Positions 1-10,107 are shown, numbered from the stretch's first letter. The stretch: 64,000 nt of DNA from Betaproteobacteria bacterium (GCA_027492485.1 JAPUER010000079.1:161844-225843), one strand, 5' to 3'. The notes: generated from the sequence alone by a model not told the origin. Program-made: numbers and translations.

Positions 1-566
1 CCGGCGTCGCACCAGAGCACGATCTGTTCGGCCGCGATCCGTCTCGCAACGCGCTCGGACAACGGCGTCGGTACCGCGATCATGCCGAGCTCGCGCTCGA
101 ACGCGGCTTGCCAGTCGATCAGCAGCGCGCTGTCGTTGACGGTGGCGATGCGCGAACTGCCGTGGGCGACGCCGAAGTCCGGCGCGCCGAACAATTGGTA
201 GAGCATGAGATCGGCGTGCACCGAGTATTCGCGGTCGAAGGTGGCGCAGAACGAGTTGAGCAGATCGCGCCGACCGACGACACCGGCCAGTGCGACCTGC
301 TGGCCGCGCAGCCAGGTGCCGAGCGCGGTCGCCGCCGCCTCGGGCATGACCGACAGGAACAGCGTTTGCGTGTCGACGATGGTGGCGCAACCGGCAAGCT
401 CGCCAGCAGATTCGACGGCAAAGAAGCGTTCGCCATGTCGCGCGCCCTGATCGAGGATGCGTTTCAGTGCGCTCAACTGATGCGTGTTGTTGGCCGGGTC
501 GGCCGCCAGCAGCGCTTCGGCGATGGCCCACAGCGCCGCGGCGGTTGGCTGTTCGACGAGCTTCAT
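1..566 (-). CDS. GNAT-family acetyltransferase-like protein (partial, runs off window start)
   Basis: Hand translation from ATG at 566 (ATGA overlap with the dinB stop): MKLVEQPTAAALWAIAEALLAADPANNTHQLSAL... open to position 1. Resembles two-domain GNAT proteins, but the C-terminal acetyl-CoA motif lies outside the window. Confidence 0.55.
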   Translation of the reverse strand, partial: MKLVEQPTAAALWAIAEALLAADPANNTHQLSALKRILDQGARHGERFFAVESAGELAGCATIVDTQTLFLSVMPEAAATALGTWLRGQQVALAGVVGRRDLLNSFCATFDREYSVHADLMLYQLFGAPDFGVAHGSSRIATVNDSALLIDWQAAFERELGMIAVPTPLSERVARRIAAEQIVLWCDA

Positions 567-1087
567 TGTCCGAACGCCGCGGAGGCGAAATCGGCAGGCA
601 TCGCCGGCAGGTCGGTGACGCCGGGATCGATGCCGCACTGCATCAGCAGCGTGCCCACCTGGCCGCGATGATGAGTCTGATGATTGAAAAGCTGCATCAA
701 CGCCAGCGACAGCGGCTGCACAATCTCCGCGCGGTTGCCGGACAGCCGGCGATAGGCGATGGATTCGGCCAGCCGCGCTGGCGTCAGCGTCACCACGAAG
801 CGGTCGATGCGATCGTCGGCGCTGACGCGGGCGCGGGCCAGCTCGTCGAAGTCGGCGTATAGCTCCTGATCGAGCGAGAGCACCGCGCAGGGCTCGCCGG
901 TCATGCGCGACAGCCACAGCCAATCGGCCACCAGCAGGTGGTTGAGGGTGCCGTGAATGCTCCTGAAGTAGGCACCCATGTTGCGTTTGCGGGTGCCATC
1001 GGGGAGTTTCGCGGCGGCGGCGTAGGCCGACTCGTTCTGCCAGCGGTTGTAGCCGGCGAAGTGCTTGCAATAGGCTGGTGTAATCAT
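563..1087 (-). CDS. DinB family protein
   Basis: YNRWQN N-terminus, SIHGTLNHLLVAD and LFNHQTHHRGQ metal-binding His motifs. Confidence 0.9.
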   Translation of the reverse strand: MITPAYCKHFAGYNRWQNESAYAAAAKLPDGTRKRNMGAYFRSIHGTLNHLLVADWLWLSRMTGEPCAVLSLDQELYADFDELARARVSADDRIDRFVVTLTPARLAESIAYRRLSGNRAEIVQPLSLALMQLFNHQTHHRGQVGTLLMQCGIDPGVTDLPAMPADFASAAFGQ

Positions 1088-1145
1088 GCGTCGAGTATAG
1101 GCCGCAGCTGCCGGTGGCTATTTCTGGCGATCGCGGCGTCCCGCG

Positions 1146-2060
1146 CTACCGGCGGCGGGGCGCGGGCCGGGCCTGCTGCCACTCGAAACGTTGCGTCGGC
1201 CACCAGTAGTTGATCAGCGGCACCAGCGCGCTCGCCGCAAACAGCACGACGATCAGGCCATGCGGCTTGTACAGCACGAACTGCCAGATGAAGGCGACAA
1301 TTGCCACCGCCATCGCATAGGCGATGCGCGCGCTGCGGCGCTGCGGCGTGGTCATCGGGTCGGAGATCATGAAGAAGGCGAACAGCAGCGTGGCGCCGTT
1401 GCCGATCTGCTGCAGCCACATGGCGCTGCCGACGGCGGCGTTGTAGTCGAGCCAGAGCACGCGCCCGGCCAGCAGCGCGGCCCAGGTGCCGAGAAAGGCG
1501 AGGCTGACGTCCCAACGCTGGATGCGCTGCGTTACCAGCCCGCCCAGCGCGATGAACCAGAGCGCCGCCATCGACTCCGACCCCCATTGCCCCGGCGACA
1601 ACCAGGCGCCCGGAAGCCACGCCCACGCCGCAAACGCCGCGAAGTTGGCCGGATTCAGGATATGACTGCGGCACTGCGCCGGGCTGGCGCGCAGCAGGAA
1701 TTTCGACGACATCGCGAGCGCCGCCAGCAGCGGGTGCACCCACAGCGAATCGGCGCGCACCAGGATCGAGATGCCGAAGCTCGACACGATGGCGCTCAGA
1801 TAGCCGCTCCAGCCCTTGCGGTTGGGCAGCCCGAGTCCCCATTGCCATGCCGCCTGGGTAACGATGGCGGCGACGAAGGTGAGGGCGACCTGTTGCCCGG
1901 TCAGCGCGAAATCGCGCGCCAGCGCGCCAAGGCACAAAAAGCTCGCCAGAAACAGGATCTGGAACCAGCGGGCGTCGAGGCGGGCGAGAGCGGCCGGCAG
2001 CGACCAGTTGCCGCCGCCCGCCAGCCTGCCTGCGCGTTGCGAAGCAGTCAGCGCGTTCAT
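1146..2060 (-). CDS. RnfD/NqrB-like membrane protein
   Basis: Multi-TM protein with HILNPANFA, GQWGSE and FFMISDPMTTP motifs typical of the NQR2/RnfD family; no other rnf/nqr genes nearby. Confidence 0.75.
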   Translation of the reverse strand: MNALTASQRAGRLAGGGNWSLPAALARLDARWFQILFLASFLCLGALARDFALTGQQVALTFVAAIVTQAAWQWGLGLPNRKGWSGYLSAIVSSFGISILVRADSLWVHPLLAALAMSSKFLLRASPAQCRSHILNPANFAAFAAWAWLPGAWLSPGQWGSESMAALWFIALGGLVTQRIQRWDVSLAFLGTWAALLAGRVLWLDYNAAVGSAMWLQQIGNGATLLFAFFMISDPMTTPQRRSARIAYAMAVAIVAFIWQFVLYKPHGLIVVLFAASALVPLINYWWPTQRFEWQQARPAPRRR

Positions 2061-2064
2061 CGCG

Positions 2065-3837
2065 CTAGCCCCGTGCGTTGCGTGCGGCCGGCGCCGCGCC
2101 GAACAGCTTCTGCCACCAGGTGCGGGTGTCGGCGGGCGCTGCCGGCTGCACGTCGCCGCTCCTTGCCGGAACCGGTGTCACGTTGCCGCTGTCGGCGCCC
2201 ATGCGGTCGATCTCGGCCATCGACCAGCCGGTGAGCTTGGCCAGCGTCTGCTTCTCGCGGGCGAGGCGTTCGGGCAGTTCGCGTTCGTAGTAGCGGGTGG
2301 CCGTCTCGATGGCGCTGCGCTTGCTGTCGCTGCAGGCCTTGAGGCAATCGCTCTGCAGCGCGTCGGATGATTTGTTGGCGTAGTCGCCGAGCGGTCCCCA
2401 GTTGTTCTTTTTTGCCTCGCTGACCATGCGCTCGACGTCGCCGACACGGCCTTTGCACATCGCCTCGCAATCGGCCTTCGCGGTCGTCGCCGTACAGGCC
2501 GCGACCGAGCCGGCGTAGGGGTTCTGGATCACGTAGCGGGTCTGGAAGTTCTGCTTGTCCTTGGTCTGCGTGAACATCAGGTCTTCCGGGAAGGTGTTGG
2601 CGGTGTAGCGCACGTGCAATCGGGTGAGCATCACCGGTTGCGCGCCGCCGACGGGCGGCACCGGGCGCGGCAGGATGCGCGGCGGTGACGTCTGCATCGG
2701 CGGTGCGATGGCCCCCTGCGGCGCTTTTGCGGCCGCCGGCGCCACTTGCAACTGCTGGAAATTGCTGGCTTCGTCGCCGCCGACCCAGAACACGCCGGCC
2801 TTGCGCAGCTCTTCGGTGCTGAGCGGATTGGCGGCGCAGGGGTCGCACCAGCCCATGTCCCAGAAATATTCGGTGAACACCACCTTGTAGTCCTCGCGCG
2901 CGGTCGAGCTATCGTAGAGCGCCTTGTAGAACTCCTTGAACTTGGGCTTGACGAACGGCGGCAGGTTTTCGTTGGCGGCGAGCTTCACCGTGCGGTAGTT
3001 GCTGCTCTCGACGCGGCCGTTCTTGGTCAGCACGTAAACGATCAAATCCTGCGGCTTGTTCGGCGGCGCATTGAGCATGCCCAGCCGCATCGGCAGCATG
3101 AATTTTTCGCTCTCGAAGGCGAACTGCAACGGCCGCAGCATGCTGTAGCCGAGGCGTTGCTGCTCCTTGAGGTTGACCTTGGCGACGAAGAACTTCATGC
3201 CCATGTTGATGTAGGGCTTGAGCGCGGCAGAGGCACCCTTCGGGATCTTGTAGCCGTTTTCGCGCAACCAGATTTCGAGGCCGTCGGACTGCTTCGCCGA
3301 CAGCGAGACGATGTCGTACTCCTCCAGCGTGTAGGCGGCTTCGACGGTAACGCCGAGCGCGGCATCGCGCGCCTTCGCCAGCTCCTGGCGCATAGCGCCG
3401 GCCGCGGCCGCCATCGGCGCCGCCATTGTCCGCGGATACACGTTCTGACCCCACCAGAAGTTCATGCGGCAGGGGTCGCTGTCGTGGTATTCGGCGAGCC
3501 GCGGGCTGGAATAGGCATCGAGCCGTTCGAAGGTGGCCTTCTCGGCGACCCGCACCTGCCCTTGCTGTAACGTGGTCGGCGTCGGCACCACCAGCGCAAA
3601 TTCGCTGAGCGGGCCGGAGTAGTCGTTGAGCATCGACAGCACGGTGCGGTTGCCGTCGCGCACCAGCACCACCTGGCTTGCTTCGTTGAACAGGCTGGCG
3701 TCGGCCTTGCCGGCGTAGAAACCGCAGAAGGCACTGGCTTGCGGCGCGGCGGCACCCAGCGCCACGGCGGTGGCGGCGAGCAGGGCATGGATGAAACGTC
3801 GGGGCCGGCGACGGGCGCCGGACGGTTGATGGCTCAT
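2065..3837 (-). CDS. DUF2330 domain exported protein
   Basis: Signal peptide then AFCGFY...ASQVVLVRDG...EFALVVP, SPRLAEYHDSDPC, MKFFVAKV, LPMRLG and WDMGWCDPC motifs. Confidence 0.85.
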   Translation of the reverse strand: MSHQPSGARRRPRRFIHALLAATAVALGAAAPQASAFCGFYAGKADASLFNEASQVVLVRDGNRTVLSMLNDYSGPLSEFALVVPTPTTLQQGQVRVAEKATFERLDAYSSPRLAEYHDSDPCRMNFWWGQNVYPRTMAAPMAAAAGAMRQELAKARDAALGVTVEAAYTLEEYDIVSLSAKQSDGLEIWLRENGYKIPKGASAALKPYINMGMKFFVAKVNLKEQQRLGYSMLRPLQFAFESEKFMLPMRLGMLNAPPNKPQDLIVYVLTKNGRVESSNYRTVKLAANENLPPFVKPKFKEFYKALYDSSTAREDYKVVFTEYFWDMGWCDPCAANPLSTEELRKAGVFWVGGDEASNFQQLQVAPAAAKAPQGAIAPPMQTSPPRILPRPVPPVGGAQPVMLTRLHVRYTANTFPEDLMFTQTKDKQNFQTRYVIQNPYAGSVAACTATTAKADCEAMCKGRVGDVERMVSEAKKNNWGPLGDYANKSSDALQSDCLKACSDSKRSAIETATRYYERELPERLAREKQTLAKLTGWSMAEIDRMGADSGNVTPVPARSGDVQPAAPADTRTWWQKLFGAAPAARNARG

Positions 3838-3967
3838 GATCTCTCCTGGGGACGGGATGAGCAGGTTGTAACGAACCAGGACGACAGGCGGGGTTAGTGC
3901 CGCGCCAGATTTTTTACCGAAATTCCATCGGTGCCCGGCTTCGCGACGCCTGTTTCGGGCCGCCGCA

Positions 3968-4304
3968 ATGGCTTTCAGATTTTCAGATTGGCAACGTGGC
4001 TCAACAACGGCATGGTACGTGTCGCGCTCGCCGGGGAGGGTTGGGGTGGGGTAAGAAAGTGGCGGTAGCTTTCATGTCGGCTCTCCGGCGAGATGCCTTA
4101 CCCCCTCCCAGCCTCCCCCGGCAAGCGGGGGAGGGGCGTCCCGGTCACTCCGCGCTCGGATGCTTGGCCAGCGTTCCAATCATGTCAGCTTTTCACCAAA
4201 AACCTCATTCCAATTGGGCTTGCAAGCTGAAATGACCATCTGTCGACTTCTCATGAAAACTGGCCCTACGTCCAATGGAATAGACGTTGGAGCAAAAAAG
4301 CTGA
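3968..4304. repeat. Dyad intergenic element copy A (composite: degenerate arm, REP doublet, full 120-bp unit at 4185-4304)
   Basis: TCAGCTTTT-N12-CATTCCAATTGGGCT-N7-TGAAATGA-N6-GTCGAC(4242-4247), then 57 nt ending AAAAGCTGA; aligns with 34219-34537 on the opposite strand. Confidence 0.8.
4024..4138. repeat. REP-like inverted doublet (CCCTCCCC...GGGGAGGG class)
   Basis: GGGGAGGGTTGGGGTGGGGTA ... TACCCCCTCCCAGCCTCCCCCGGCAAGCGGGGGAGGGG; closely matches the reverse complement of 34333-34453, spacer included. Confidence 0.85.
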
Positions 4305-4367
4305 TGCCGCCAAACCGTCCGTCGCCGGCACATGGCACGGCCGGGCGGCCACTGCGCCGGACCAGTT

Positions 4368-6059
4368 TTAAGCCCAGATCACCGGGCCTTTCTTGCTGTA
4401 CCAGGCGTCGACCCCCGGCGCCACCGCTGCCTCGATACGGGCGCGCTTGATCTTCATGGTCGGCGTCAGGCAGCCGTTGTCGATGGTCCACGGCTCCGGC
4501 GCCACCACGAACATGCGCAGTTGCTCATAGTCCGCGAGCGCGTTGTTGACCTCCGCCAGCAGCGCACCGAGATTGCTGTTGACCTCCTCGCGCACGCCCG
4601 GCTCGGTCACCCGCGGGCGCAGATCTTCGGCCAGCACCACCACCGCGTAGGCCGCCTGCTGGCCGACGCCGGACACCATCGACAGTTCGATCATCGGGTG
4701 TGTGTTGATGCGGTTCTCGATCGGCGCCGGCGCGATGTATTTGCCCTTGCCGGTCTTGAACAGTTCCTTCTTGCGGCCGGTCAGTTTGAGCAGGCCGTCG
4801 GCGCGCACTTCGCCGAGGTCGCCGGTGCGGAAGAAACCATCAACGGTGAAACATTCGGCATTCAGCTCCGGCTGCTTGTAATAGCCGGCGAGCTGCCCCG
4901 GCGACTTGATCAGCACTTCGCCCTCGTCGCTGATGCGCGTCTGCACCCCCGGCAGCGGCGAGCCGACATAGCCCGGTGCGTTGAGCTTGATCGACGAGGT
5001 GTTGGAGTAGGCGAAGTCCTCCGTCATGCCGTAGCCCTCGACCAGGTTGAGGCCGAGCTTGCGGTACCAGGCGATGAGTGCTGCCGGGATCGGCGCCGAG
5101 CCGCTGCCGGCATGCTTGACCGAATCCAGGCCGAGACCGCGCAGCACCTTCTTGCCGACCAGTTTGCCGACGATCGGCAGGCCGAGCAGGAAGTCGAGCT
5201 TTTTTGCCGGCATCTTGGTGAAAACGCCTTGTTGGAACTTGAGCCACAGTCGCGGCACCGAGACGAACACCGTTGGCCGTGCGCGCTGCAAGTCGGCGAC
5301 GAAGGTCTCCAGCGCCTCGGCGAAGAAGAGGTGACCGCTGCCCTCGACCATCGCCGCGCACTCGATCCAGGCGCGCTCGAACACATGCGCCAGCGGCAGG
5401 TAGGACAGGATACGGATTTCCTCGGTCGGCCCGATGGCGCCGCGAATGTTGCCGACGATGCCCTCGGAGGCGCGGGTGACGCGGTCGAAGCGGTGCATCA
5501 CGCCTTTCGGCTGCCCGGTGGAGCCGGAGGTGTACATCAGCAGCGCGATGTCGTCCGCCGCACGGCCGGGCTGTCCGGCCAGCGGTTCGGTGCGGGCCAC
5601 GACCGAGTCCCAGGTGTCCATGCCGGAGCGCGCCGAATCCGGCGCCAGCGGGAAGGCGATGCAGGGCAGATCGTCGCGCACGGCGCTGGCCTGCTGCGCC
5701 CAGGTGTCGAGCTTGCCGACGAAGAGCATGCTGGCGCCGCTGTGATCGAGCACGTAGCGGATGGTGTCGGCGGTTTCGGTCGGGAAAATGGCCACCGTGG
5801 TGCAGCCCGACATCCAGATCGCCAGCTCGGCCATGAAGAAGTGCGCGCAGTTCTTCGACAGGATCGCGATGCGCGCGCCCGGCTCGAAGTTGCGGCTTTT
5901 GATGAAGGCGGCCATGCGGCGCGCCTGATCCATCGTCTGCCGCCAGGTGTAGTCCGCCACCGCGCCGCCACCGGTCGGCTGCGTGAGCCACAGATGGTTC
6001 GGCCGCATTGCCTCGTGCGCGTAGATGTAATCGAGAATGAGTTTGTTGTTGTCGGCCAT
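4368..6059 (-). CDS. Long-chain fatty acyl-CoA synthetase (AMP-binding)
   Basis: YTSGSTGQPKG, LSYLPLAH, EGYGMTE and FFRTGDLG motifs; start trimmed to MADNNK. Confidence 0.92.
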   Translation of the reverse strand: MADNNKLILDYIYAHEAMRPNHLWLTQPTGGGAVADYTWRQTMDQARRMAAFIKSRNFEPGARIAILSKNCAHFFMAELAIWMSGCTTVAIFPTETADTIRYVLDHSGASMLFVGKLDTWAQQASAVRDDLPCIAFPLAPDSARSGMDTWDSVVARTEPLAGQPGRAADDIALLMYTSGSTGQPKGVMHRFDRVTRASEGIVGNIRGAIGPTEEIRILSYLPLAHVFERAWIECAAMVEGSGHLFFAEALETFVADLQRARPTVFVSVPRLWLKFQQGVFTKMPAKKLDFLLGLPIVGKLVGKKVLRGLGLDSVKHAGSGSAPIPAALIAWYRKLGLNLVEGYGMTEDFAYSNTSSIKLNAPGYVGSPLPGVQTRISDEGEVLIKSPGQLAGYYKQPELNAECFTVDGFFRTGDLGEVRADGLLKLTGRKKELFKTGKGKYIAPAPIENRINTHPMIELSMVSGVGQQAAYAVVVLAEDLRPRVTEPGVREEVNSNLGALLAEVNNALADYEQLRMFVVAPEPWTIDNGCLTPTMKIKRARIEAAVAPGVDAWYSKKGPVIWA

Positions 6060-6330
6060 GGTGCTCCCCTTTTGCTTTGCCGATTGATATTGCCGCGCGT
6101 GCCCGACGGCTGTCCGTCCGGCCGCGCGCTTTCCTCCAGCGGCGGCGCATTGCGTTTGCCGTGTGTCGTTTGTGCAACGATAGGCTCCGATTAGAGCACG
6201 ATACCGGGTAATCGACGCACAATTGAGGCCATCGGCGACGCCGGTTGCAACGGACACGCGGTGGCGCGTTCGCTGCCTTGGGCAAGATCGCGTATCGACG
6301 GACAAATTTCAGCGGTTACGGAGTCATTCA

Positions 6331-7638
6331 ATGTCAGCCATCGCGCATTTACTTCCCGGTTTGCAGGTGCAGGGGCACCGCTTTCAGTTGCCGCTCGACT
6401 ATGCGCGGCCGGATGCGGAGAAGATCGAAGTCTTCGTCCGCGAACTGGTGGCGCCGGGCAAGGCCGATGCCGGTTTGCCGTATCTGATCTTCTTTCAGGG
6501 TGGCCCCGGCTTCGGCTCGCCGCGGCCGATGGCGGCCAGCGGCTGGATCGGGCGCGCGCTGCGCGAGTTCCGCGTGCTGCTGCTCGATCAGCGTGGCACC
6601 GGGCTGTCGACGCCGCTGACCGCGCAAACGTTGCGGCGGCTGGGCTCGCCGCAGGCGCAGGCCGACTATTTGCAGCATTTTCGGGCGGACAACATCGTGC
6701 GCGATGCCGAGACGATTCGCCGCCACTTGCTGGGCGAGCAGCCGTGGACGGTGCTCGGGCAAAGTTTCGGCGGCTTCTGTGCCATGCGCTACCTCTCCGC
6801 CGCGCCGCAGGGCCTGAAGGAGGTGCTGATCACCGGTGGCATTCCACCGCTGGCGCGGACCACCGACGACATCTATCGGGCCACCTATCCACGGGTGATC
6901 GCGAAGAACCGCCGCTACTACGAACGCTACCCGGAAGACGTCGCCCGCGTGCGCGAGATCGTGCATCATCTGGCGACGCACGAGGTGACGATGCCGTCGG
7001 GCGGACGCTTGACGCCGGAGCGCTTTCTGCAGCTCGGGATCGCCTTCGGCGCCAGCGACGGCTTCGAGCCGGTGCACTATCTGGTCGAGGAGGCCTTCGT
7101 CGATGCCGGTGGTGGCCGCGAGATCAATCGCAACTTCCTGACTGGCATCGAGCACGCGCAGGCCTTCGACAGCAACCCGATCTATAGCCTGCTGCACGAG
7201 GCCTGCTACACGCAGAACGAAGCCAGTCGCTGGTCGGCAGCGCGGCTGCTCGGCGAGTTTGCGCCGTTCGCCAACGGTCGCGGTGGCGAGCACACCGCGC
7301 ACGAGCCGGTGCTGTTCAGCGGCGAAATGATTTATCCGTGGATGTTCGAGCAGTATCCGCAACTGCGGCCGTTGCAGGCGGCGGCAGAAATCCTGGCGGC
7401 GAAAGCGGACTGGCCACCGCTCTACGATGCCGGGCGGCTGCGCCACAACCGCGTACCGGTCGCGGCGGCGGTGTACTACGACGACATGTACGTGCACCGC
7501 GAATTTTCGGAGGAAACCGCGGCGCTGGTACCCAACATGAAACTCTGGGTCACCAGCGAGTACGAGCACAACGGCCTGCGCGCCGACGGCGAGGCGATCT
7601 TCAACCGCTTGCTGGCGATGGTGCGTAATCAGGAGTGA
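6331..7638 (+). CDS. Proline iminopeptidase (alpha/beta hydrolase)
   Basis: QGGPGF, LLDQRGTG, GQSFGG nucleophile elbow, YYDDMYV and EHNGLR motifs. Confidence 0.88.
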   Translation: MSAIAHLLPGLQVQGHRFQLPLDYARPDAEKIEVFVRELVAPGKADAGLPYLIFFQGGPGFGSPRPMAASGWIGRALREFRVLLLDQRGTGLSTPLTAQTLRRLGSPQAQADYLQHFRADNIVRDAETIRRHLLGEQPWTVLGQSFGGFCAMRYLSAAPQGLKEVLITGGIPPLARTTDDIYRATYPRVIAKNRRYYERYPEDVARVREIVHHLATHEVTMPSGGRLTPERFLQLGIAFGASDGFEPVHYLVEEAFVDAGGGREINRNFLTGIEHAQAFDSNPIYSLLHEACYTQNEASRWSAARLLGEFAPFANGRGGEHTAHEPVLFSGEMIYPWMFEQYPQLRPLQAAAEILAAKADWPPLYDAGRLRHNRVPVAAAVYYDDMYVHREFSEETAALVPNMKLWVTSEYEHNGLRADGEAIFNRLLAMVRNQE

Positions 7639-7699
7639 GTTGCGCCGGTCGCCATGAGCACCGGCCGGGAGGCCGGCGCTATGGATCATGTGTCCAAGG

Positions 7700-9751
7700 C
7701 TAAAACCGCCGCAACCAGTCAAAAAACTCCCGATACCAGAGCCGCGAATTCTGCGGCTTGAGGATCCAGTGATTTTCGTCCGGGTAGACGACGAGTCTTG
7801 ACGGGATGCCTTTGGCGCGCAGCGTGTTGTAGTACTCGAGGCCTTCGTAGTACGGCACGCGGTAGTCGAGCTCGCCGTGGATGACCAGCGTGGGCGTCTT
7901 GAAGTTTTTCGAGAACGTGTGCGGCGATTGCGACTGGTACTTCGTGAGGTCGTCCCACGGCCAGCAACCCAGTTCGTGGTTGAGCCATAGATAGCCGTCG
8001 TCGCCGAACTGGCTGACCCAGTTGTACACGCCTGCATGGCAGACGTAGGCCTTGTAGCGATCGCTGTGGCCGTTCATCCACGCCACCATGTAGCCGCCGT
8101 AGCTGCCGCCTGCGGCGTAGAGTTTGTTCTTGTCGACGATGCCTTCCTTGATCAGCGCGTCGGTGACGGCCTCGGTGTCGGCCAGTTCACGGTGGCCTAG
8201 ATCGCCGTCGATGCAGCCAAGGAAACGCTCGTCAAAACCCGACGAGCCGTGATAGTTCACGGCCGCGACCACATAACCTTGCGCCGCGAAGGCGTGCAGG
8301 TTCCAGCGGTAGTGCCAGGTGTCCATGTGGGCAGCGTGCGGGCCGCCGTGAATGCTGTGCAGCAGCGGGTACTTTTTCTTTTTGTCGTAGTTGGGTGGAT
8401 AGCAGACGAAGGCCTGCACTGCCTCGTTGTTCCAGCCTGCGAAGGCACGGCTTTGCCAATGGCCGAGCGGGATTTTTTCGAGGAACGCGTTGCTGCGATC
8501 GAGGCGAATTGTTTTCCCTTCGGCGGCGCCGGCGGGCGCGGAAAGTGTCGTTATGCCGACTGCCCCCACCCCGGCCCTCCCCCGCTGGGGGAGGGAGGCG
8601 AGGGCGTAGAGCCGTGCTGGATGATCGATGGACGCGTGGGTGTAGACCGTCGTCGTGCCGTCGTTCGACTGTGAGAACGCCATGACGTGCCCGCCTTTCA
8701 CGATCGCCGTCGGTTGCTCGGCGCCGAGCGGCAGATGCCACAGGTGTTGGGCGCCCGAATCCTCGGCACAGAACAGAATTGCGCTGTCGTCTGCGGTCCA
8801 CGCCGGATTGGCGCTGCCATAGGTGCCGACCGAGCGCGGCCATTTGGCGGCGAGCCGCTCGGCCTTGCCGCTCTTGCGGTCGACGAGCATCAGGCGCGTA
8901 TGTTTGCTGGGCGCGTCGTCCGGGGTGGCGAGCACGGCCAGGCGCGAGCCGTCGTGCGAGTACACCGGCGAGGCGAGCCACATCTTGCCAAGGTCAATGG
9001 TGCGAGTCTTGCGCGATTTGAGCGTGAGCAGTGTCAGTGTGCTCGGGTCGATCAGGCGCGTCACGTCCTTTTGCTGCACCCAGGCGACCTCGGCGCCATC
9101 GGAGGAAATGGCATAGTCGTTGCTGCCCGGATCGCCGAGCGGCAATGACCACGGCTTGCCCGCGAAGAGGTCCGTAGCAGTGCCGGACGCGATGTTGACT
9201 TCGAACAGATGGGGGCGCGCGCCATCGCAGATCCAGCTATCCCAGTAGCGGTAGTTGTCTGCTTCGATCACTTTCGCCTGGACTTTTGAATCCTTCTTTT
9301 CCTTCTTGCGCTTCGCCTGTTGTGCGTCAGTCTTGAGATCGGGCCACACCCAACTGATCGCGGCGATGCGCTTGCCGTCGGGGAACCACTTGATGCTGCC
9401 GACGCCGGTGGACAGCGTGGTCACGCGTCGCGCTTCGCCACCATCCGGTGCGATCACGTAAAGCTGCGGTTCCTCGTCACCGTCGCGCCTGGCACAGAAG
9501 GCGACCAGCTTGCCGTCCGGCGACCACTGCGGCGCCGTGTTCTTTTTGCCGGCGCTGGTGAGCTGCTTGCGCGTTTTGCCATCGGTCCCGTAAAGCCAGA
9601 GCTGCGTTGCGCTCTCGTTGGTTGCCATCGAATAGGTCGTCTGGTCGACGACCACCCATTTGCCGTCCGGCGAGATGCTCGGCGTGCCGATACGTTCGCA
9701 TTGCCAGAGGTGTTCGACAGTAAGGTGTTTGCCAGCCTGTTTCGCTTTCAT
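7700..9751 (-). CDS. S9 family peptidase (beta-propeller plus catalytic domain)
   Basis: PD40-like repeats (PQWSPDG), IHGGPH, GGSYGG, HGELDYRV and PDENHW catalytic triad motifs. Confidence 0.93.
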   Translation of the reverse strand: MKAKQAGKHLTVEHLWQCERIGTPSISPDGKWVVVDQTTYSMATNESATQLWLYGTDGKTRKQLTSAGKKNTAPQWSPDGKLVAFCARRDGDEEPQLYVIAPDGGEARRVTTLSTGVGSIKWFPDGKRIAAISWVWPDLKTDAQQAKRKKEKKDSKVQAKVIEADNYRYWDSWICDGARPHLFEVNIASGTATDLFAGKPWSLPLGDPGSNDYAISSDGAEVAWVQQKDVTRLIDPSTLTLLTLKSRKTRTIDLGKMWLASPVYSHDGSRLAVLATPDDAPSKHTRLMLVDRKSGKAERLAAKWPRSVGTYGSANPAWTADDSAILFCAEDSGAQHLWHLPLGAEQPTAIVKGGHVMAFSQSNDGTTTVYTHASIDHPARLYALASLPQRGRAGVGAVGITTLSAPAGAAEGKTIRLDRSNAFLEKIPLGHWQSRAFAGWNNEAVQAFVCYPPNYDKKKKYPLLHSIHGGPHAAHMDTWHYRWNLHAFAAQGYVVAAVNYHGSSGFDERFLGCIDGDLGHRELADTEAVTDALIKEGIVDKNKLYAAGGSYGGYMVAWMNGHSDRYKAYVCHAGVYNWVSQFGDDGYLWLNHELGCWPWDDLTKYQSQSPHTFSKNFKTPTLVIHGELDYRVPYYEGLEYYNTLRAKGIPSRLVVYPDENHWILKPQNSRLWYREFFDWLRRF
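8563..8597. repeat. Single REP-like palindrome inserted in frame in the S9 peptidase gene
   Basis: CCCCCACCCCGGCCCTCCCCCGCTGGGGGAGGGAG matches the intergenic REP at 34406-34453; translates as SLPQRGRAGVG. Confidence 0.75.
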
Positions 9752-9834
9752 CGCGGGTCCGTGGGGTGCGTTGGACCCGCAAGCGTAACCGCCCGACCGT
9801 TGTGCGGCGCGGTGTTGCGACGAAGTGGGCGCGC

Positions 9835-10107
9835 TTACTTGTTGTAGATGTTGCCGCGGTGTCCGATGCGTAGCACGCGAACAACGACGCGCTGGTCGAT
9901 GATTTCACAGACAAGACGCCAGTCGCCGATGCGGTACTTCCAGTATTTGCCGAGCGCATCGCCCGAGAGCCGTTCGCCGATATCCGACGGATGTTTGCTC
10001 ATTGCCACGCGCGTCTTGAGGAAGCCAACAATGCGTTCGCGAACGGGCCTGTCGAGTCTCTTTAGCTCCTTGAGCGCATCGGGATCGAACTCAATCTGCC
10101 AGACCAA
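9835..10107 (-). CDS. relE: Type II toxin, RelE/ParE superfamily
   Basis: WQIEF...ALKELKRLD...YWKYRIGDWRLVCEI...VLRIGHR; overlaps the antitoxin stop. Confidence 0.9.
   Translation of the reverse strand: MVWQIEFDPDALKELKRLDRPVRERIVGFLKTRVAMSKHPSDIGERLSGDALGKYWKYRIGDWRLVCEIIDQRVVVRVLRIGHRGNIYNK

Noticed and set aside
3868-3900. ECF-type promoter upstream of the DUF2330 gene (TAACC...CGTT on the minus strand)
   Set aside because: Short match with non-standard spacing; not distinguishable from chance.
4180-4491. Small ORFs over the dyad element (also 3897-4235)
   Set aside because: The frame is interrupted by stops in other copies (14848-14967, 44215-44334), so conservation is non-coding.
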